Positions 57,580 through 64,000 of a stretch of DNA of 64,000 nucleotides are shown one piece after another. Within the stretch, counting starts at the first letter, position 1. The number at the start of each line of letters is the position of its first letter. Origin of the DNA: an uncultured Gammaproteobacteria bacterium (GTDB taxonomy: Bacteria > Patescibacteriota > Patescibacteriia > UBA9934 > CAZDDW01); contig OZ246408.1 in assembly GCA_965231015.1 (NCBI GenBank), forward strand, positions 620,115-684,114. Reading direction: 5' to 3'. Under the pieces are notes generated by a model, which was given only the letters and a program-made list of their open reading frames with translations, did no database searches and had not been told where the DNA came from. The position numbers were made by a program, and so were the translations under genes.

Positions 57580-59148
57580 CTATTTAATCGGCAAGCTAAA
57601 CCAGAAGGTCGAACCTTTCCCTTCTTCACTCTCAAACCCGATTTTTCCCTTATGAGCTTTGATAAACGATTGGGTAATAAACAAACCTAAACCAACCCCA
57701 TCCTGGTTCATGACCTGGGCGTTAGAAGCCCGAAAAAAGCGTTTGAAAATATTTTTCTGTTCAGACTTGGGAATTCCAATTCCCTGGTCTTTTACCTTGA
57801 CCACCACCTGTTTTTTCTCAACCCCCAACTCTACCCACACAGTCCCCCCATCCGCTGTGTAACGAATGGCATTGTCTAGCAATATTTCTATGGTGCACCG
57901 GATCTTCTCGGAATCAAAATCCATTAAATCCAATTCCTTACCAGGGCCTTTATATTTAATAACGATATTATTATTTTGGGCTTTAGGCCGAAATAACTCT
58001 ACAATTGATTTAACCAAACTCTCCATATCCGTTCCCACGGTTTCAAGAGTCAAATGCCCTCGCTCAATATCAAGCGCTGTATTCATGTTGCCAATCAACC
58101 GTAGAACATCTTCTTCACTATCTAAGGCACGGCGTATGAATGCTTCATGTTCCGGATTTAAAGCCCCGAATTGTCCGGAAAGCAAGGACTCCAGGTTCCA
58201 CCTGATTTCATTAAGAGGAGTTCTGGTGACATGGGTTAAGGCTGTGATAAAACGGGACTTTAAGACATCAAATTCTTTTTCTTTTTCTTCAGCCTGTTTT
58301 CGTTCCGTTATGTCCACCAGCGACGCCACCGACTGTTTAGTTCCCTCAATCATGGCCAAGTTGGCCAAAACATCATGAACCTTCCCATCCCGGTCAATAA
58401 ACTTAAACTCATAAACACTTGGGACAGAGCTCGGGTCAATCCGCCGCATCATGTGATACTTCAACATCATTGGCAAATACCGTTTCATGACAAAATTCGT
58501 CCATTTCTTTTTTCCCTCAATCTCGTTTTTTGAATACCCGGACACTTCACAAAACTTCTTATTGACATAAGAAATAGTTTGATTCTCTTCCACAATACAC
58601 GTAGCCGCACCAGTATTTTCCAATAACGTTTTATAACGTTGTTCACTTTGCTCCAGCTGATTTGTCTTTTGTTTACGAAGCGAAATATCCAGTGCTGTGA
58701 AAACCACCCCCCTGCTTCTATCTCCGGAATAGATATAAGCCGAGCTTAAAGAAACATCAATTATTTCTCCATTTTTCTTTTGCATCTGTGTTTCCACACG
58801 TCCCACTCCCTGCTCTTCGATTTCTTGATACTTAACCTTACCAACCCGATCATAAGCCGCCTTACTGGGATAAAGAATCCTGGCGTTTTTTCCTATGAGC
58901 TCCTTTTCTTCATACCCCAACATTTCACAAAAACGATCATTGACTTCCATAAGATTTCGTTTTTCATCAATTATCCCCATACCCACCGGCGAAGCTTTAA
59001 CAATACCCTGATATAACGCCTGTTGTTTGCTAAGTTCCTTTTTGGTTTGTTCCAACTGAAAATAGGCTGAACGAAGAAGCTCAACTTCAAACTGAAGGTT
59101 CTGACACTGCTTTAAAACGTCTTCTTTTGTCTTATTTTTATCAGCCAT
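57580..59148 (-). CDS. Cytoplasmic PAS-PAS sensor histidine kinase
   Basis: Two PAS domains; THVTRTPL H-box; NAIRY, DQGIGI, GVGLGL, GKGSTF. Confidence 0.92.
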   Translation of the reverse strand: MADKNKTKEDVLKQCQNLQFEVELLRSAYFQLEQTKKELSKQQALYQGIVKASPVGMGIIDEKRNLMEVNDRFCEMLGYEEKELIGKNARILYPSKAAYDRVGKVKYQEIEEQGVGRVETQMQKKNGEIIDVSLSSAYIYSGDRSRGVVFTALDISLRKQKTNQLEQSEQRYKTLLENTGAATCIVEENQTISYVNKKFCEVSGYSKNEIEGKKKWTNFVMKRYLPMMLKYHMMRRIDPSSVPSVYEFKFIDRDGKVHDVLANLAMIEGTKQSVASLVDITERKQAEEKEKEFDVLKSRFITALTHVTRTPLNEIRWNLESLLSGQFGALNPEHEAFIRRALDSEEDVLRLIGNMNTALDIERGHLTLETVGTDMESLVKSIVELFRPKAQNNNIVIKYKGPGKELDLMDFDSEKIRCTIEILLDNAIRYTADGGTVWVELGVEKKQVVVKVKDQGIGIPKSEQKNIFKRFFRASNAQVMNQDGVGLGLFITQSFIKAHKGKIGFESEEGKGSTFWFSLPIK

Positions 59149-59150
59149 GT

Positions 59151-59516
59151 TTATTTGATAATTTTCTTGATTCTCTTTACTAAATCCTCTCGATCAAAAG
59201 GCTTAACAATATAATCAGAAACCCCCTGCTTTTTCATGACTTTTATTTTTTCCTCGTCTGCCTCTAAGACGGTTAGAAAAGCGATTCGTGCCGTGGAATT
59301 TCTTTCTTGAATCCTGGAAAGAAGTTCCCAGCCTGACATTTCCGGCATCATAATATCCAACAAAAACAGGTTGTAGGTATTATTTTTCATCTTCTTTAAA
59401 GCCTCGCTTCCACTGGTCGCTGAATCCACGACATAACCCTCTTGATCTAAAATTAAACGCACAACGTCCAATGTGTCCTGGTCATCATCAACGTGTAGAA
59501 TGGTTTTTCCTGGCAT
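59151..59516 (-). CDS. Single-domain response regulator
   Basis: HVDDD, LLDIMMPEMSG, FLT, YIVKPF. Confidence 0.95.
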   Translation of the reverse strand: MPGKTILHVDDDQDTLDVVRLILDQEGYVVDSATSGSEALKKMKNNTYNLFLLDIMMPEMSGWELLSRIQERNSTARIAFLTVLEADEEKIKVMKKQGVSDYIVKPFDREDLVKRIKKIIK

Positions 59517-59520
59517 ATTT

Positions 59521-62454
59521 TTAGTTAGGGAAATTAATCATTACATCCGTACCTTTGCCGCGACCTGAGCTTGTTAGACGAACGTCACCACCGTAGATTT
59601 GTACCAGACCTTTTACAATAGCCAAGCCCAGTCCGGTTCCTTCATATTTTCTGGCCGCACCAACACTGGCCTGATAAAAAGGTTCAAAGATTTTTTCTTG
59701 CTCTTTTTTAGTTAAACCGATTCCCTTATCTTTAACTGTAATTTCAGTTCCCTGCTTTGTTTTTTTGGCTGAAATAACAACTGCCCCGCCTGATTTATTA
59801 AACTTAATCGCGTTTTCGATTACCTCATCCAGTATTCTTTTTAAGAGTCCCGGATCTGCCTTAACCATTAACCCAGCCTTTACTCTGTTTTGAATAAATA
59901 TCTTTTTATCTTTGATCTGCTTTTCTTTTTCACCCAACACTTCTTGAACAGTTTTCAACAGAGCATGTTTGGTTTTTTTGATTTTAACCTGGCCACTCTG
60001 AATCTTGGTCATCATCAAAAAGTCACTAATCAAATTCCTTAAACGCTCCTCACCTCTTGCCACCATTAACAAAGCTTCTCGTTGTTGGTCTGACAAATCA
60101 CCAAACTCACCCTCTAGCAGTAGATCGGTTTGTAAACGAATCGGCACGAGTGGTGTATTTAATTCGTGGGCGGCCACTTGAATAAACTCATTCCGTACTC
60201 CCCTTGCCTCAACTAATTGTTCCGCCAATCTTTCCACGTGACTACGGTTATAATCCACCCCACGGTACCCAACCGGCTCCCCGGTCTCATCAACAATAGG
60301 TCTTCCATCAGTCACCAAATTAACCTCATGTCCGTCTTTGTGCAGATTGGTATTAGCAAAATCATTTATCGCTTCTTGCTTTTTAAAGGCGGCAAAAGCC
60401 AGCTCTTTTAGCTTCTTTCGTTCACCCGGTACAAAGAGATCATAAAAATGCTTTTTTCCAACTATCTCTTCCGGTTTATACCCTAAAATATCTTCTACGG
60501 CCGGACTTGAATACGTATACAACCCCTTCACATCAACCTCCCAGATCCATTCATGAGCGGTTTCAGCCACGTGCTCAAAACGGGCTTCAGCTTTTTTAGC
60601 ACGCCTAAAGGCGGCACTTTTCTCCGTGACATCAACCAGGGAGGCCACTGATTGTATGGTGCCTGGAATAAGTGAAATATCCAAACGGGCGGTTTTTTTG
60701 TCACCTTTTCGATTAACAAAATCAAACTCGTAAGAACTTGGTGGAGCAAGCCTTGTTCCGCTCTTACGTCGCGCTTCATGATACTTCTTCATCATCTGTA
60801 AAAACCTCTGATCAACAAACTTGGTCCAGCTCATTTTTCCCTCCACCTCTTCTTTAGAATAGCCGGTTAGTTCAGCGAACTTTTGGTTTGCTAAGGAAAT
60901 AATTGTATTAGGCTCAACAATACACATGGCCGTGGCCGCGTTGTCAATAATCGATCGATAATACTCTTCTTTCTTTTCAATCTCCTCTGTACGTTCCTCA
61001 ACTGTTTGTTCAAGTTCTTCTAAGATCTGCTCTCGCTCCTTGCCTAAATTAACTCGCTCGGTTACGTTCGAGGCCATCAACATCAAACTGCGCTCATATT
61101 TTCCGTTTTGTTCAGTCACCACCGGCACCCCACGGTAGTGGTGCCACTGAATATCTGTGCCATCGAGCGGCTCAAACTGTAACTCAACCTCAATACTATT
61201 TCCTTCTAATCCCTGTTTGATAAATTTATCAAGTCCGGACTCTTTATAAGCACGGATCTGAAAAACATTTTTGTTCATTAGTGCTAAACGGCTTTCCACA
61301 CCAACCAGCTCTGACATTTTAGAATTAAGTGACGTGATAATCCCGTTTTTATCGAGTGTCATGATCCCAAGAGGAGCGTTTTCAAATAACAATGAAAGGT
61401 TTCCTCTGGTTGAACGCAGTGTTTGCACCAGATCATTAAAAACTTTCGCTAAAACACCAAACTCATCCACGGCTTTGACTTTTAGTTCTGTGTCCAGGTC
61501 CCCGCTTTCCAATTCCTTCATGGCCTGACTGAATTTACGCATGGTTCTAATCTTGACCGAAACAACAAAACTGGCTAGAAATACCATTATAATGGCGGTG
61601 ATTAAAACAATGCCGACGGTGCTATTCTTGATGAAATTTGAGCCGAAATAAAATTCTTGTTTTTCCTGGACCCCTACAATATACCAATTAGGTAAACCGG
61701 TGTGGCCGTTCATGTGTTCCACCGGCAAAGCTATGGTGACATAACTATCGTTTCCTTCATACGCTTCAGCCGGACTTAAAATTTCATCAGTTCCAGCCCC
61801 GGTAACTACGCGCCCAAAAACATCTTTTAAAAATACAAATCCGGTTTCTCCTACGGAAATTTTTTCTGAGAAACGCCAAATATCTTCTACGTCCACCTGA
61901 AAAACCAGAACCTCAATAACCGCATCGGAATCGTTTTTAATCGGCACCAGATAATTCACCACTTCTTTTTGTGGCCTTGGGATGACCTGTACCGGAGAAA
62001 AAACCGGTGATCCATCAAGAGCGGTCTTAAAACTCTCTGATTCGGACCAGGTGGTTCGAAAATTGTACCGTGAGGCGGCCAGCACCGTACCGTTTGTATC
62101 GAGTAAAATAATATCGTCATAAACATCAAAAAGCTCGTTATACTCTTTTAGAAGACTTTCTCTTTCAGCGGTTGATAGGGTCATTTTTTGCAGATTTGCA
62201 TCACTCACTAATACGATTGAGTTGTGAACAACCTCTTCAATCACCAGAGCCACAATCTGCCCGGCTTGCGTGGCAGCTTGATTTAACGCTTCAAAACTCT
62301 GTTTTTCTTGATATTTGCTGATGCGTGGAATAACAAAACCAAAAAACGAAACGGATAAAATACTCAACAATAACAACCCCCCTAATCCCGCCTGATAGGC
62401 TAAGGGGAACTTTGGCTTTAATTTATTTTTATTTCTTTCCTCCTTTTGGGTCAT
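59521..62454 (-). CDS. Membrane sensor histidine kinase (dCache-HAMP-3xPAS-HisKA-HATPase)
   Basis: Two TM flanking a Cache-like domain (GETGFVFL); DEFGVLAKVFN HAMP; AHELNTPL; NAIKF, DKGIG, GTGLGL. Confidence 0.92.
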   Translation of the reverse strand: MTQKEERNKNKLKPKFPLAYQAGLGGLLLLSILSVSFFGFVIPRISKYQEKQSFEALNQAATQAGQIVALVIEEVVHNSIVLVSDANLQKMTLSTAERESLLKEYNELFDVYDDIILLDTNGTVLAASRYNFRTTWSESESFKTALDGSPVFSPVQVIPRPQKEVVNYLVPIKNDSDAVIEVLVFQVDVEDIWRFSEKISVGETGFVFLKDVFGRVVTGAGTDEILSPAEAYEGNDSYVTIALPVEHMNGHTGLPNWYIVGVQEKQEFYFGSNFIKNSTVGIVLITAIIMVFLASFVVSVKIRTMRKFSQAMKELESGDLDTELKVKAVDEFGVLAKVFNDLVQTLRSTRGNLSLLFENAPLGIMTLDKNGIITSLNSKMSELVGVESRLALMNKNVFQIRAYKESGLDKFIKQGLEGNSIEVELQFEPLDGTDIQWHHYRGVPVVTEQNGKYERSLMLMASNVTERVNLGKEREQILEELEQTVEERTEEIEKKEEYYRSIIDNAATAMCIVEPNTIISLANQKFAELTGYSKEEVEGKMSWTKFVDQRFLQMMKKYHEARRKSGTRLAPPSSYEFDFVNRKGDKKTARLDISLIPGTIQSVASLVDVTEKSAAFRRAKKAEARFEHVAETAHEWIWEVDVKGLYTYSSPAVEDILGYKPEEIVGKKHFYDLFVPGERKKLKELAFAAFKKQEAINDFANTNLHKDGHEVNLVTDGRPIVDETGEPVGYRGVDYNRSHVERLAEQLVEARGVRNEFIQVAAHELNTPLVPIRLQTDLLLEGEFGDLSDQQREALLMVARGEERLRNLISDFLMMTKIQSGQVKIKKTKHALLKTVQEVLGEKEKQIKDKKIFIQNRVKAGLMVKADPGLLKRILDEVIENAIKFNKSGGAVVISAKKTKQGTEITVKDKGIGLTKKEQEKIFEPFYQASVGAARKYEGTGLGLAIVKGLVQIYGGDVRLTSSGRGKGTDVMINFPN

Positions 62455-62457
62455 AAT

Positions 62458-63520
62458 TTAGACCTGACTTTGGTCTAAGAATAAAAGTAATCGTGACCAA
62501 GTCTGAACGTATAAACTATCCGCTACAATCGCGTCTCCCCAACTGACCAACTTTTCCCACTGGCTCTCGCTCGGATATATAAAAGGGTTGTTTAACCGAT
62601 CTTCGTCCACTAAACACGCGTCATAAATAGCCTGGTTTGGGTTGGCGTAATAGGTATAATTAGTGACCGCGGCGTGCACATCAGGGCGCAAGACATAATT
62701 GATAAACGCTTCTGCGGTTTGTTGGCGAAGCGTGCCGGCCGACACGGCCATGACGTCGTAAAAAGCCATGGCTCCACTGTCCGTAATCAAGACTTTCAAG
62801 TTTGGATTTGCTTCTTTGGCCACTACCGCCTCGCTATTATAAAGATGACCGATCCAAATTTCTTCTTCAATTAATTGATCCCGGATATCAATTGGATCCT
62901 CTACAGTTGCGCCGTTGGTAATTATTTTCTCCAGAAAATCTTCTACTTCACTAAAAGCTTCCGGATCACTTTCACTGACTTCATAACCATTATTAGAGAG
63001 CTACCCTGTTTTGAAAACATTGGTCTGATAAATCCTGCCAACCATCCAGACCAGAAACATATTTGGTGTTGTAGACAAGCGGAGTAAAACCATGGTCATA
63101 AAACATGGAATATCGACTACCTGAGTCATAATCTGGATTATGAAGACACTCCATGAGATGGTTGAAATTTGGAACGTTATCATGGTTAACCCTGTTTACT
63201 AAACGATAATCAATCAGTTCAGATAGTAATCTTCCCGAAGGGAAAATAACGTCATATGCTCCCGGGTCGTTTTGTAGCACAGTAATGATTTGATCTTCGT
63301 CTTCAAAAGTCTCAACAATTAAATCAACCGAATACTCTTCTTCAAAGACCTGAATGACCTCTTCCTGAATAAATTCTTCCCAGGTGTAAATTTTCAGTTC
63401 AGAATCAAGACCAATGATTTGGTGCTGGGTTTGATAAGACTTAACTAACATCCAAGTTAAAAGAGCCAGAGAAATTACAAATACGGAAATTAAAAACCTA
63501 AAAAAGACACGCTTGTTCAT
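62458..63520 (-). pseudogene. PotD/PotF-like polyamine-binding protein, frameshifted near 62995
   Basis: 5' part LKIYTWEEFI...YDVIFPS...DGWQDL...RVAL*; continues in another frame as NGYEVSESDPEA...IWIGHLYNSEA...AEAFINYVLRP. Confidence 0.8.
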
Positions 63521-63625
63521 AGAATCACGTTATTTGTTTAAATTATATCATGTTTACGATTTCAAAACTAAAAAATTTGACCAAGCTTTAAATAAAGTTA
63601 TAAGATTGTTTTCTGGAGGTGAGAG

Positions 63626-64000
63626 ATGGTGCCCCCGAGAAGGCAAGAGTGGGATCGCTACATGGTCTGTTACGATGTGGTTGTGGCTCGACTGTGGCCA
63701 TACCGACAGCTGATCAATCTGGTGCTTGATGCCCTCGCTGTGAAGCCGGGTCAGCGAATCCTGGATGCCGGTTGTGGTACCGGGGTGTTGCTCAAGACCG
63801 TGGCCGACCTCGATTTCAAGGTTGACCTCATCGGCATTGATGCCCAGACCTCGGCTACAGAGCGAGCAGAAGACAAGCTCGGTGATGCCGCGCACATCGT
63901 ACGGGAAAATCTGAATCAACCCAACTGGATCAACGGCATTCTCGAGTCCGTTGACACCATGGTATCCGTCAACGCACTTTACATCCTGGAGGATCCGTAC
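63626..64000 (+). CDS. Class I SAM-dependent methyltransferase, 5' part (runs off the window end)
   Basis: SD GGAGGTG; hand translation MVPPRRQEWDRY...KPGQRILDAGCGTG...IGID. Confidence 0.88.
   Translation, partial: MVPPRRQEWDRYMVCYDVVVARLWPYRQLINLVLDALAVKPGQRILDAGCGTGVLLKTVADLDFKVDLIGIDAQTSATERAEDKLGDAAHIVRENLNQPNWINGILESVDTMVSVNALYILEDPY

Noticed and set aside
63554-63919. 121-aa minus-strand ORF
   Set aside because: Antisense to a clear plus-strand methyltransferase (LDAGCGTG) with a strong SD
57423-64000. Integrative element with att duplication at tRNA-Gln
   Set aside because: No integrase and no second copy of the tRNA 3' end noticed in the window; lateral origin remains inference only

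Overview
64 kb of a bacterial chromosome, most likely Patescibacteria (CPR; Uhrbacteria-like by gene content, GAGC lipoboxes and surface-protein style; inference), genetic code 11. Most genes are on the minus strand. Housekeeping blocks are secA-hpf-murB, murC, glyA, folD, dnaB-ybaB-recR, cca, rplU, tgt, mraZ-rsmH-ftsL, uvrB/A/C and nadM. They are interspersed with small ORFans that carry strong Shine-Dalgarno sites and often lie on the opposite strand. The standout region is a ~15.7 kb surface-structure locus (41589-57301). It encodes a secreted X-module/dockerin protein, a cohesin/Ig/Cys-rich scaffold, a membrane anchor, and a 3566-aa tail-fibre-like protein with five tandem repeat units and an S74 self-cleaving chaperone domain. 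Also present: a probable 6S RNA in the tgt-ftsL gap, a membrane-anchored Clp ATPase with a degenerate first AAA module plus a partner membrane protein, and a membrane-anchored AmmeMemoRadiSam B-A fusion. Related heptamer repeats sit in frame in tgt and uvrC, two diverged paralogues lie between uvrA and uvrB, and tRNA-Gln is followed by a PAS/dCache two-component cluster headed by a frameshifted PotD-like gene. No CRISPR array, rRNA, integrase or transposase was seen. All product calls come from motif recognition by eye; no database searches were run.
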